A stretch of DNA of 64,000 bases from positions 496,001-560,000 of the forward strand of contig AP026155.1 of the NCBI GenBank assembly GCA_030295235.1. The letters are read 5' to 3'. Below the pieces are notes generated by a model, which ran no database searches, had not been told where the DNA came from, and saw only the letters and a program-made list of their open reading frames with translations. Shown piece after piece: positions 12,301-23,554 of this stretch (position 1 is the first letter of the stretch; every line of letters begins with the position of its first letter). Made by a program: the position numbers and the translations under genes. The stretch is from Fistulifera solaris. Taxonomy: Eukaryota.

Positions 12301-13645
12301 ACTTTACATGTGGAAGAAGATGTGGGTCACTGAAGTTATTGACGTTGAGGCTGCGTTTCTAGAAGCGAAGTTGAGAGAGGAGGTGTATCTTGAATGGCCC
12401 TTTGGGCTATATGAGTTTGGGTACATCACGCATGAAGAGTTAATTGACTACATCATCCTATTGGAGAGGGCGATGTACGGTTTGGTCCAGAGTCCACGAG
12501 AGTACTTCATGCTCTACTGTGCCCAATTGAGGAAGCTGGGGCTTATTCAGAGTGCTGCGGATCCGTGTGTCTGGTTTAAAGTGGTGAACGGCGAGACAGT
12601 ACTAATCATTGTGGTGTATGTCGATGATTGTATCCTTGCCGGTCCCCAAGAAGAAATCAATTGGTTCAAGAGAGAGATCAAGAAGCGCTTCAACATTACC
12701 GAAATGGGCCCGATTCAGAAACACTTGGGAGTTTGGTACGAGAGAAAATCGGATGAAGCAGGAGAGTTCTACGAAGTGCGAATGGATGAGTACAAAGACG
12801 AGATAGTAAAGGATTGGAAGGAGCTGATTGGACCGTTGAAAGCTGAGAAGACACCGGGCTATCCAGGGGAATCGCTTGTGAAGAACGAAGGCGATCCAGT
12901 TAATAAGGATCAGTATCGGAAGTTTCTCGGACGTCTCATGTGGCTGGTGCGGAAAGTAGCTCCGGAATGTGGAAATGCAGTCAGGGAGCTTGCAATGTTT
13001 ATGGATTCGCCAGGCGAAGAACATTGGAGAGCGATGAAGAGATTGGTTGGCTATCTCGAGAGTACGGACGTTCATCTGAAGTTGCGCGAGCCTGTTAATT
13101 TGAAGGTTTACGCATGGGTGGATTCAAACTTTGCTACGAACAAGGAGTCAGCGGAAAAGTGTTACTGGCTACTTTGTTACCATTGGAGGTTGTTTGTGTG
13201 GCTTTTCAAGCAAGTTGCAACCGGCGGTGACACTGTCAAGTGGGAGGCGAATATTATGCGGCATCTACGTGTGCGACGGACATCAAGTTTTTGCAGATGT
13301 TATTCGAAGAATTGTTTCCGAAGGTGAAGATTCGACCGGCTACCTTGTTTGAAGATAACACGGGCGCAATCTTCTTGATGGAAAAACCAAGTTGTGGGGA
13401 ATAGGACGAAACACATTGATATTCGAATGCATTTTATAAGGGAGATGATGGCTGCAACGGAGAAGGAAGAAGCCAGGCTGGTTGTGAAGTTTATTCGATC
13501 GGAAAGGAATATTGCAGATCTGGAAACCAAGAATGTGACAGAGAAAATCCATGATCTTTTGGTGCCTGTTGTTAGAGAAGGACTCATGACGCAGTTAATC
13601 TTAGCAGCCGACAGGGAGGATGTCAAAGAGCGAGGTCGAGGTTGA
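9314..13645 (+). CDS. Copia gag-pol polyprotein (frameshifts near 9990, 13150, 13245 and 13385)
   Basis: Zn knuckles CRNCGKQEHKAVEC and CFNCGKEGHFSREC; protease FLLDSGATCH; integrase H..GH..C..C, VDTSGP, RCDNAGE, PQMNGVVER; RT YVDD; RNase H DSNFA, EDNTGA, RTKHIDIR, NIAD. Confidence 0.95.
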
Positions 13646-14133
13646 GTGTCGGACTGAAAGATTTATTCAGTCATGAGTTGACACGTCATCGGATGTCGGA
13701 ATGGTTCGAAATGACCGCCCTAGTTTATTGGGAAAGCATTCTACTCGTGAAAGGAGTCTCGGAAGTGTTTCGAACTATATGTTTGGGGATTTGGGATCAC
13801 GGAAGAATCCAGTATGCAATTATGGACGATGACTGTTGCTAGTTGCTAAGGAACATGCAATAATGGAGAATCTGGTGGATTGGCAGAAAGGGCTATTTTA
13901 TCCTAAAGTTGTTATTGGAGAAATGGACTTGGCAAGATCGGATCATGATCAGATCAAGATCAGATCGGAGACCAGTGAAAAAGAGGAAAGCGAAAGTAAT
14001 CGTAGGAAATCGTCATAATTCTGTAAACGAGTGTTTGGAGCAAAAGTTCGTTGTTTCAATAGTCTTTCGTCTGGGGTGTGTGGAGTCCCCCGATAGCCGA
14101 GAGCAGTTACAGACCGCGGTAGAAATTTCAACA
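13621..14133 (+). repeat. 3' LTR (513 bp)
   Basis: Direct repeat of 8754-9264, immediately preceded by the polypurine tract. Confidence 0.97.
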
Positions 14134-14150
14134 AAAGTTGTGGAAGAGAA

Positions 14151-14502
14151 AACTCTTCATGCGTGATGTACCCAAACTCATATAGCCCAAAGGGCCATTC
14201 AAGATACACCTCCTCTCTCAACTTCGGCTTCTAGAAACGCAGCCTCAACGTCAATAACTTCAGTGACCCACATCTTCTTCCACATGTAAAGTACCACTGC
14301 CAAAACCATTCGAACCGACATGTCCGATGCAACAGGTGAATGCGAAGAGTGAAGTCCACACCAGGGATTTGAACAAACCCCCAGCGCACAAGTCCGAGCT
14401 TTGAAACGAATTCCCGTTGCCTCTTTCTTCTTTTGAAAATCCACTTCGGCGTAACAGGCTTCCGTCCTCTCTCCTTCATCTGCTTTCTAGGAACCATCTT
14501 CC
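14151..14502 (-). mobile_element. Inverted duplicate of the element's own RT segment (about 12090-12441)
   Basis: Reverse complement matches 12090-12441 nearly exactly; minus-strand ORFs read MVPRKQMKERGRKPVTPKWIFK and REEVYLEWPFGLYEFGYITHEE. Confidence 0.95.
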
Positions 14503-14510
14503 GTATAAGG

Positions 14511-14640
14511 CCAGGGAGGATGTCAGATTGAGGGTCTGGACGTCAATCAGAGTGGCTTATATATCATGGATCGAGGTAGAAATACGACGTGATTGGGATG
14601 GCTCTGTGGTTCGATTCCACAGTACGTTAGTATTTTAACA
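14511..14640 (+). mobile_element. PPT (CCAGGGAGGA) plus a different 120-bp LTR (14521-14640, TGTCA...TAACA)
   Basis: Same PPT and terminal motifs as the main LTR but unrelated interior; internal CTTATATAT; followed by CGATCA, identical to the 6 bp before 8754. Confidence 0.75.
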
Positions 14641-15281
14641 CGATCACACGCTGCGATCAAAATAATTGTTTAAACGAGCTAACAAAGTAGAATGAAGACA
14701 ATGCGAAGCTTATTATTTGTCTCAATCCTGCTTACAATCTCAAGTGAACTCCCCTTATTTTCGATTTTCTGCGAGCCTAAGAGCTGCATGGAATTACTCG
14801 TTCGGCGGAGTAATGTGATCCATAATCCATAGCTTCGGAGAAATTTGTCCGTCCGGCTTCTCTTCGTTCGGGGCAATTCTTGTGATGGTAGAGGCAATGC
14901 TTTCGAGTCCTGTCCTGGAAGCCGGAGTCTTAAAGAGTCGCGTCCGGTTACGAACCACGATCCTATGCCGAATTCGGGAAACAGAGTCTCCTGAATGACC
15001 TCGCGGTCCCCGCAAACTTGGGTATCATTGCTTGCAAAAACGTTGAGTCACACGGAACAAGTGATCCTTTCGCTATTGTTAAGTATACACCAGCCAGCGT
15101 GGTCTCACCGAATCCGGTCAAATGAAGAAGAATATGAAGCCGTTCTAATGTCTGAACCGGGTTCATTCAAATCTTCCTCCTCAAATGCAGATCAGGAGAG
15201 GTCATAAAACGGATTCAGCTCCGAAGTTGCTGTCTTTCTGCACCTCCAACTATTAGTTTTCTCTTTTCCATCAAAATATCC

Positions 15282-16676
15282 ATGAGACGATTTCCTCCCA
15301 ACTTTTTGTGGGGTACCGCCACGGCCGCGTACCAGATTGAAGGTGCCGCTCGGATTGATGGCCGCGGACCGAGCATTTGGGATGCGTTTTCGCAAATTCC
15401 CGGTAAAGTACACGGCGGACACACTGGAGATGTTGCTTGCGATCATTATCGTCGCTTCAAAGAAGATGTTGCTCTTCTCAAGACAACGGGTGTCAAGTGC
15501 TACCGATTTTCTATTGCCTGGCCTCGTATTTTGCCCCAAGGACGAGGGGATGTCAACGAGAAGGGTGTAGCGTTTTACAACGAACTTATTGATTGTCTCA
15601 TTGAGAATGACATTGAACCGTGGGTGACGATTTATCACTGGGACTTGCCGCTCGCATTGCAAATGGAAATGGATGGGCTATTGAATCCTGACATTGCCAA
15701 ATGTTTTGCCGATTATGCTCGTGTTTGTTTCGATCGCTTTGGAGATCGTGTTCGTCACTGGATCACCTTGAACGAACCGTGGTGCTGTGCCTTGTTGGGA
15801 CACGGCAATGGATGTTTCGCGCCGGGTCGTGTGTCGAACACCGAACCGTATGTCGCCGCTCACAATCTGTTACGAGCCCACGCGTACATGGTGGACGTTT
15901 ACCGTCGCGAGTTTCAAGAGCGTCAGAAGGGAGTGATCGGCATCACCAATAACTGCAACTGGTACGAGCCCCTCACTCATTCGGCGGAAGATCGCGAGGC
16001 GGCCAACCGTGCTTTGGAGTTTTCGTTGGGATGGTTTGCAGATCCTGTCTACTTTGGTGACTATCCGCAAAGTATGCGCGATCGTCTGGGTTCCAAGTTG
16101 CCCGAGTTTAGTGCCGACGACCGCAAGCTCTTGAGAAATTCCGCTGATTTCTTTGGCCTCAATCATTACAGCACGAATTTGGCCGCTGAGCCGGCCATTG
16201 CCACCGCCGGAGACACCGCTCGTCGGGACCGAGGCATTATCGGTGATCACAATGTCGACTTGTCGGATCATCCTTCATGGGAGAAGACAGATATGGGATG
16301 GAGCATCGTGCCGTGGGGAGTCCGCAATTTGCTGCAGTGGATCGACCGACGATACGAGCATCCGCCCATTTACATTACTGAAAATGGGTGCGCCATGCCT
16401 GGCGAGGATGACCGCGAGGTCGCCTTGAATGATACAGGCCGTTTGGACTATTTGGAAGGATACCTCGGTGCTTGCCACGAGGCCATTGATAGCGGCGTGG
16501 ATTTGCGAGGATACATGTGCTGGAGCATGATGGATAATTTCGAATGGGAGTACGGGAACAGTAAACGTTTTGGCTTGACGTGGATTGACTTCAAAACGGG
16601 TGAACGCTTCCCGAAGGCATCGTTTCGTTGGTACTCGACTGTGTGCACCAGCAATGCCATCCCCGCAATCGCCTAA
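15282..16676 (+). CDS. GH1 beta-glucosidase copy 2, intact
   Basis: 464-aa intronless ORF with WGTATAAYQIEG, TLNEPW, ITENG and WSMMDNFEW; no signal peptide. Confidence 0.95.
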   Translation: MRRFPPNFLWGTATAAYQIEGAARIDGRGPSIWDAFSQIPGKVHGGHTGDVACDHYRRFKEDVALLKTTGVKCYRFSIAWPRILPQGRGDVNEKGVAFYNELIDCLIENDIEPWVTIYHWDLPLALQMEMDGLLNPDIAKCFADYARVCFDRFGDRVRHWITLNEPWCCALLGHGNGCFAPGRVSNTEPYVAAHNLLRAHAYMVDVYRREFQERQKGVIGITNNCNWYEPLTHSAEDREAANRALEFSLGWFADPVYFGDYPQSMRDRLGSKLPEFSADDRKLLRNSADFFGLNHYSTNLAAEPAIATAGDTARRDRGIIGDHNVDLSDHPSWEKTDMGWSIVPWGVRNLLQWIDRRYEHPPIYITENGCAMPGEDDREVALNDTGRLDYLEGYLGACHEAIDSGVDLRGYMCWSMMDNFEWEYGNSKRFGLTWIDFKTGERFPKASFRWYSTVCTSNAIPAIA

Positions 16677-16700
16677 AATGCCGAGTGCTCGCAGGATAAC

Positions 16701-16787
16701 TTGGAAACGGCGTTACTATTCTACTTCGTCGTGAACGCTGCGTAGAATCTTGTACTGGAGGCAAAGTATTGACGTCCTTTCCTAGTA
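16701..16787 (-). repeat. Diverged copy of the ~87-bp palindromic dispersed repeat
   Basis: GGAAACGGCGTTA..TTCT..TCGTCGT..ACGCT.CGTAGAATCTTGTAC.GGAGGCA..TT.ACGTCCTTTCCT aligns with 63588-63673. Confidence 0.7.
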
Positions 16788-17095
16788 TGAAAGTGCTTTG
16801 TCAGAGAGTATAACAAAATAAGAGTTTAAATTAAAGAATGAACAACTGAAGAGTACTCGGCTCGTATGTTCTTCCTATTTATTTCGTACGGAGTAGTTTT
16901 CAAGTCAGGCTCGTGACTCACACTTTCGTTCAATCGTGAGCGCGTTCGACACGCCACGCGACGACTTTCTTCTGCGTTCCGAAGACAAGAACAGAACTCT
17001 CTCACATACCTCCTGTCGCTGCTGTCATTAATGTTCAGAGCATTTAAATCCTTTTCATTCCTTTATTCATTCTCTCTCAACAAACAAAAGAAATT

Positions 17096-18634
17096 ATGCC
17101 GACGGAAGACCCGTTAGCTCAACATCGACGAACCGAAACGAATACCGACATTGCACGACTGATGTACGAAACAGAAGACGCTGCGGATCAAGAGAATGAT
17201 AGTCCTCATCAAAATGACAACACATTACCAGCTCGTCGAACTGTCGTCATGGGAGCCGTCGCGAATCTTTGCAGTGCTACGTTGGGTGCGGGAATTTTAT
17301 CACTCCCATATTCTATGCAACAAGCTGGCTATTTCGGCGGTACCCTATTATTGCTCATGTCGGCGTGGTCGACGCGGGCTAGTATTGATATTTTGACACA
17401 TGCCGCCGATTCGTATCAAATCTATACGTACGAGGGAGTTGTTGAAAAGTGTTTGGGACGTGCGACTCGCAATGTCGTCGAATGGAGTATTCTCGTCTTT
17501 TGTATCGGCTGTGCCGTGGCATATTGTATTGCGGTGGGAGATATTTTAGAAATCAGTGGCTTGCTCTTGCCTCTGCAGCACGGAGCGCGAGAAGCTTCCA
17601 TGTTACTTGTCTGGATGCTAGCGATGATGCCGCTCAGCTTACTACGGACCATGAAAAGTCTGCAGTTCTCTAGCACCGTGGGAATCGCCAGTATTTCCAC
17701 TTTAGTTTTCGCCGCGTTCGTGCACCTCCTCGAAGACAGAGACGATCCACCCGACGCGATTCCCACAAATACAACGAATGTTACCGCCTGGAATTCACAT
17801 TTTGTCGAATCTTCTTTCGATAGCTCAGTGCCGCGGCGGTTCTGGCCGGAGCATGGTGTCGTTTCGATCTTACAGGCGTGTCCGATCATGCTGTTTGCCT
17901 TTTGCTGCCAAGTCAATGTTTTGGCTATTTTCGAAGAACTTCCTTCTCGTACGATTCAGAATAATAATGCTGAGACAGACAAATTTGACCTCATGAGTCG
18001 TGTAACAAAGTACGGAGTCGGCGTTTGTGCGGTACTCTACACCAGTTTATCGTGGATCGTCATGGCCGATACAGATCAAGTTCCACCCAATGCGTTGCTG
18101 CTGTACGCGCCCCCGAAAGGTATTATGCAAGTGGCTACGGCGGGTATGGCGGCGGCGGTGATTACGGCATTTCCTCTCAATATATTTCCCGCGCGTGTTT
18201 CCATTATGTCCATGCTACAGCGGAAGAAGCCACGCCGAGAACTGGTGCCGCACTCGACGTTGACACAGGCGCTGTTGGAGAATCATGAAGTAGAAAGCGT
18301 CACAGCTGTCACTGAAGAAGAAGAAACTGCTTTTTCCCACGTTCCAGTCTCCGAAAGCGAACCCTTTGATTGGAAGCAACATCTTTTCTGGTCTATTTTC
18401 GTTTCGGCCCTGTCCTTGGGCATGGCGCTACTCATTCCCGACATTTCGATCGTCTTTTCGCTGATGGGAGGAACGACTAGTAGTCTGTTGGGATTTTGCG
18501 TACCTGGGGCTTTGGGCATTCATATGAAGCAGAATACAACGTCTATAGTCATATCTTGGTTGCTTCTTGTCGGCGGGGGACTACTGGGCACTCTCACGAC
18601 AGCTGTTACGATCTACACAACATTCAACAAATAA
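17096..18634 (+). CDS. Amino acid transporter (AAAP/SLC38-like)
   Basis: ANLCSATLGAGILSLPY, FAFCCQVNV, AFPL, IPDISIVFSLMGGT; about 11 hydrophobic segments. Confidence 0.92.
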   Translation: MPTEDPLAQHRRTETNTDIARLMYETEDAADQENDSPHQNDNTLPARRTVVMGAVANLCSATLGAGILSLPYSMQQAGYFGGTLLLLMSAWSTRASIDILTHAADSYQIYTYEGVVEKCLGRATRNVVEWSILVFCIGCAVAYCIAVGDILEISGLLLPLQHGAREASMLLVWMLAMMPLSLLRTMKSLQFSSTVGIASISTLVFAAFVHLLEDRDDPPDAIPTNTTNVTAWNSHFVESSFDSSVPRRFWPEHGVVSILQACPIMLFAFCCQVNVLAIFEELPSRTIQNNNAETDKFDLMSRVTKYGVGVCAVLYTSLSWIVMADTDQVPPNALLLYAPPKGIMQVATAGMAAAVITAFPLNIFPARVSIMSMLQRKKPRRELVPHSTLTQALLENHEVESVTAVTEEEETAFSHVPVSESEPFDWKQHLFWSIFVSALSLGMALLIPDISIVFSLMGGTTSSLLGFCVPGALGIHMKQNTTSIVISWLLLVGGGLLGTLTTAVTIYTTFNK

Positions 18635-18993
18635 AGGCGCACGGATAAGGGCGGTTTTTGCTTGATGGAGCAGCTATCTTTTATAACTGTACACAGAAAG
18701 GATCTACTCACCCTCCGGGAGTTTTGCTATTGACGTGCATTAACTGTGAGATGCCTCATAGCAGCTTAACGACAGTATAGGCGTCAGAAAGATTTCCTGA
18801 AAACTGAGACTAGTTATCAATAGAAACCTAAATCTCGCGTATAATCCTGCAGTCTTCCAAGCAATTGACATTTTGCTACAAAGCTATCATTCTTGTAGGT
18901 GGTTAAATGTAATATTTATAGCGTGTTACCCCCCTGCAAGTAATATACAAAATATAAAGCCCCTGATCTTCGAACAAGTCTTCCCGTTAATAT

Positions 18994-19353
18994 TTATCGA
19001 CTCACATGTTCCTTGTACGCACGAATTCTTTCGCCCGCCATTTCATGATACCGAGCTCGCGTCGCCAAAGGTAGAGCATTCCATTCCTTCAGTCCACCGA
19101 ATCGATGTTCTAGCCGAAACATTTTGTAACCCGACACAGAACTCCGACGATGTGCTTTGAAGCCAACTTCTTGTTGATTCGCTTCTCGTAGCAACTGTGC
19201 GAAAATGAACTGCTGTCGCTTGAGCAGATCATGAATGCATTCGTGCGAATACGATGGCGGACCCTTGTTCGAACTAGCCTTTGTCGAGCCGCGATTCATC
19301 AGATGATTCAAATTATCTTCTTTGTGATGGTCTTTATCGTTCATTTGGTCCAT
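18994..19353 (-). CDS. Small protein with a C-terminal HMG-box-like domain
   Basis: RSSVSGYKMFRLEHR...EWNALPLATRARYHEMAGERIRAY resembles the HMG-box pattern (SAY.LF..E.R...W..L....K..Y...A). Confidence 0.5.
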   Translation of the reverse strand: MDQMNDKDHHKEDNLNHLMNRGSTKASSNKGPPSYSHECIHDLLKRQQFIFAQLLREANQQEVGFKAHRRSSVSGYKMFRLEHRFGGLKEWNALPLATRARYHEMAGERIRAYKEHVSR

Positions 19354-19981
19354 GGTTTATGGCTTCGTGATCAAGTATTAAACGATTGATTTTCTGTGCA
19401 GGATCCAAAAGGATGAAGTTGCATGAACTATTCAAAAATCGATGAAATCATGAACGAATCAAGAGAGAGATTACGAACGAGTGAAACTTGAGCGACGACA
19501 ACGAGTTTTCATGTGAATTGTCCCCCTTGAAATCACTTTCACCATTCCTTGGATATTAAAAAGTAGAAAAATGGAGGCTGTTTTTCTTGTTCTCTACCTA
19601 CATTCTTTTATGTCCGTACATTCGAGGTATAGTTCCATTGATTCGTGAATATAGAAGAAACAGTAAGCAACTTCTTTCATCATTCATCATGAAACATCCA
19701 CATTTCAGATTATTGTCTTCATTTGCGATCCGCGACTCGATCCTTTTGGGGCAACAAGGAAAAACAATAAGTGAAGCGTTGAGTCTTGGTTATTTTATCA
19801 AGTGCGAACCAATCAGAATGCGTTTCTGGTCACTCCGTCGTCAGTTCTTCCTTAAGACGGTTTTAAGCGGTACTGCATTTTCACGCGCACAAACGCAAAA
19901 AAACAAAAACAAAAACATAAAATGTGACAACGAGAGACCGCGACGCTCGAATTGTCAAGAGAGGGGACATATGGCCTTACC

Positions 19982-21697
19982 ATGCATTCTTTTTCGCGTC
20001 GAATACGCGTCGTTTCTTATCATATCTATTTGTCTAAACGCTACATTGCTTCCGAAGCGAGACAAGAAGCCTTTTACGCGTCATTGCGACGGGGAGACCT
20101 TTCCCCGTCGCTATTGCAATGGATGCAACACGAAAGCCAGGAGACATGGGATCGCTTCGCCGGTAATGATTTTCCCATCATTCCTGTAATTACAAGTGAA
20201 CTGCCCGAGATTGGACCTGCGGGGAGATTCTACTATTATTGGCACAATGATTCCTATTATCGACGACCTGTGCTCAGCGGTGAGCCGCAACATTTGTGCC
20301 CCGCCGATCCGAATCTTGTGCATTTGGCAATTTCTCCTGACGAAACACAATTGGTCCGAGTGTTTCAAAATGGATCCGTCGTAATCAACTCGAAAGAACA
20401 ATACTGGAAAGCACGAGCTGTCGAATTCGGGCCTTACAATTCTTTGTATTGGATTGCACACGACGGAACCGTTTGGAGATCGGTTTTTGACGCGCCAGCA
20501 GAGTGTATCTATCACGGACCGTCACATCCCGCCATGTCGTTGCGTCGGTCCAAGGGAGGTTCCGCTATGCTGCTAGAAAACAAAAGCACAACATGGGTTT
20601 GGCAACACCGAGAAGACGGCACCATTTCTGAGGATGTGTCTGATACTCTCCTCGTGGATGTTCACCGGGATGGTCAAATCGTTTCGCTACAATCAACAAC
20701 AAATGATGCAGTATGGAACATTTACGAAATGGATCTATTTGCCAAGCATGTGGTGACCTATCAGCGCTCCTACGAGGAAGAGCGGCATCGAATTGTGATA
20801 CAATCCTTCGAAGGCCAAGAGTTTGTTTCAAATGAAACAATGATCGATCCATTCAGCAAACTCACGCCTTCTGGAAATATGCAGTATGATACGGATATTT
20901 TACGCTTTTGTTTGGAAAAACCGTATCAACCACCAACGACTTATGAATTCAACATGACGAATCATCACTTGGAGACTTTGGCTAGGAATTTCGCGCCAGC
21001 CTTCCACAACATGATGGAGGAACGGATATATGCCACCAGCCCTGATGGTACGCAAGTCCCTATTACCGTCTTTTCTCATGACAAGTCAACAATCGATCAT
21101 GTCTTGCTGGTGGGCTACGGCGCCTACGAAAAGCCGGCCGAGTGGTCTTACGATCCCCTGTTTCATTACCTTTTGAACCAAGGTGTAGTTGTAGCATACG
21201 CGAATATTCGCAACGACAAAATTCTTGGTATTCAAGATTTCATCGCTGGTGCGGAGTGCATGCAGTTGTATGGGAGTGTGACGGCTTACGGTGTGTCGGC
21301 GGGTGGTGTGGTGGTAGGGGCCTCGCTGCAACAAGCACCCCACGTGTTTCAGAGCGGAATTTTTGTGAATGCCCTTTTGGATGTGGAAGCCACGTTACGA
21401 AATCCTGACTTGTACTTGACGAAAGAAGATTGGGAAGAATATGGCAACCCGGAACTGGATCCTTCGATTGCTTCCTATTGTCCTGTGCAAAATGTTTCAC
21501 GGGGTGGTCCTCCTGTACTCGTGTTGGCAACCTTGGACGATGATCGCGCTCCCTACTGGAATGCCCTCATCTATACCCACAAACGGGGCACGGAAAGCAC
21601 CCATTTGTACATGGAGCCGAGCGGGGGTCACACTTGGAATAGTGACCGTCAGCGAATGATGGCCCTACAGGCCTCATTTGTCTTGCATTCTCATTGA
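19982..21697 (+). CDS. S9A prolyl oligopeptidase / oligopeptidase B-like serine peptidase
   Basis: SPDGTQVPITV, LLVGYGAY, nucleophile GVSAGG, EEYGNP, DDRA (Asp), GGH (His). Confidence 0.85.
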   Translation: MHSFSRRIRVVSYHIYLSKRYIASEARQEAFYASLRRGDLSPSLLQWMQHESQETWDRFAGNDFPIIPVITSELPEIGPAGRFYYYWHNDSYYRRPVLSGEPQHLCPADPNLVHLAISPDETQLVRVFQNGSVVINSKEQYWKARAVEFGPYNSLYWIAHDGTVWRSVFDAPAECIYHGPSHPAMSLRRSKGGSAMLLENKSTTWVWQHREDGTISEDVSDTLLVDVHRDGQIVSLQSTTNDAVWNIYEMDLFAKHVVTYQRSYEEERHRIVIQSFEGQEFVSNETMIDPFSKLTPSGNMQYDTDILRFCLEKPYQPPTTYEFNMTNHHLETLARNFAPAFHNMMEERIYATSPDGTQVPITVFSHDKSTIDHVLLVGYGAYEKPAEWSYDPLFHYLLNQGVVVAYANIRNDKILGIQDFIAGAECMQLYGSVTAYGVSAGGVVVGASLQQAPHVFQSGIFVNALLDVEATLRNPDLYLTKEDWEEYGNPELDPSIASYCPVQNVSRGGPPVLVLATLDDDRAPYWNALIYTHKRGTESTHLYMEPSGGHTWNSDRQRMMALQASFVLHSH

Positions 21698-22168
21698 TTG
21701 CGACATAATTTAAACGAACAGAAGGGATTTGATCCACATTATTATAAAAGGCAAAATGGAATCGAGAGACGATGGGCGTGATAATTTTCTCATCAAAATT
21801 TTCTATTGGCCACAAAGTAGGGTGGGGCACGCGACCGGGATTCGGTGCTGGGACGCATTTTTTGGCAAGGATTGCACTTTCTTCAGTACAGTGTTACATT
21901 TTCATAGTCCGCTAGCCCCGAAACAAATCTTACTGGTACTCAACATTTATAAGCGTTAAACCTAAGAACTCAAATACATAAGAGAAAAACGGAAAGTTCT
22001 TATGCAGCTGGCCGGCACCGAAAATTTGGGTGAGCAAGTATAATAATGAGACAAGAAACGACGTTTGCTACAAGTAACAGGTAACGCTTGGATCTCTTCT
22101 GGTTCTCTTCGACACCACGAGAACTCAGAAATATATACTTTCTCGCATTGTGAGCGGTCGCCTTCACG

Positions 22169-23379
22169 ATGACGGAATCGATGAGCCGCAGAGGGCAGTC
22201 AAGCCCACGTTCGAACGACCTGGCACCTCCTCGAGTCTCTCCCCGCATGAGGAAGATTAAGTCCTCGAAGCAGAGCCCAAAAACTTGCCTGCGACCGTCA
22301 ACGATGAAAAAATCCTTGCTGTGGATACTGTTGCATCACATGACGATGCAAGTACGCCTTGGGTGCATCGAACAACATCATCTGCCCCGGTTGATGTTGA
22401 CGACTTATCCTCTTTCTCGGAAATGGATTCGCCATCGATTCATACTCCTCCTCTCAAAACATCACCCACACAAGATGCATGGGAAGAAATTCAAGCATCT
22501 TCGCTCAATATCAAGTCCCAAATGTTGCGTTCCGCTCAGACTGCAGCCGATAGGAAAGCAGTTGTCGCGACTGAGAAGAAACCTGAGCCGAAGTTTGGAC
22601 GAGTGATCGAAGCATTCACATCCGGAGAAATTTGTCACGCAACAACCGATTGGCTTTCTCCTCAAAATTGCGGACGGTCGAAGGATCAGCAAAGCAATGA
22701 TGTGACGACAACAAGTGACGATCCGTACTTGCCGCACACGCCAAGATCCGTAGTCAGTTTACTGCTAAAGGAGAATCCAACTGACACGCAAAGTAACTTG
22801 GACGAAGTAGAGACGGCAGTTGAACCGCACACTTTGACCACAAAAGCCGCAGAATCCTTCGAAGAGGCCCTTACATCTTGTGCATCCACTTGTTCCTCTT
22901 CTACGGGTGGTGCTTTGAACAGTTACACCATGAAGACGGACAGTCAGTCCCTTGCCGAGACGGCGGCCACCACGAAAGAAGATAAACCGCAACATCCCTT
23001 TCGATCCATGGTAAATCCGACGAATTTAGAGTCACGTTTCATGGCTGCCGTTGGTGTACCAGAAAGTAGTCACAACGAGTTAGACCCTGTAGCTACGGAG
23101 GAAGAAGCGGGTGTCGAGACGGTGCTCTCCAGTCCGTCCTCCGAGGATCCGATGACCACCCGATTAGTGGCTATTGGAAATATACAGGAGCATCCACCCT
23201 TACTTGGTGCTGTGAGCTCTGAATCTTCTTCGGAATCAAAAGAAGATGAAACCGTTTCAAAGAATACAACCAAGAAAAAGGAATCGTTTTTGCGACGAGT
23301 GCTCGGTGTTGGAACGGGAAGTCCTTGCAAAAACAACGACGACGCTTCAAAGAAACAATCCACGCTCGTGTCGTTCTAA
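22169..23379 (+). CDS. Hypothetical S/T/E-rich, probably disordered protein (frameshift near 22280)
   Basis: 364-aa ORF 22285-23379 plus an upstream ATG ORF in another frame; no recognisable motif. Confidence 0.5.
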
Positions 23380-23554
23380 ATCAATAACTTAATGGTTTGT
23401 GAGTATGAAATCCTTTTGCCGTTAAAAGTCGTAGCGTTAATGATCTGATACATTGTAAAAACAGCAAGAACGCTTTACTCCGTAATGTAATCTGAAAATG
23501 CAAACTGCTAGATAAAGTCTGTACGAAGAAGCCTCTCTGTGTCGTTTTGTTTTT

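Larger units (their letters stand above)
8754..14133 (+). mobile_element. Ty1/copia LTR retrotransposon (CoDi-like), full length
   Basis: Near-identical LTRs 8754-9264 and 13621-14133; PPT ACAGGGAGGA at 13611-13620; internal order gag-PR-IN-RT-RH. Confidence 0.97.
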
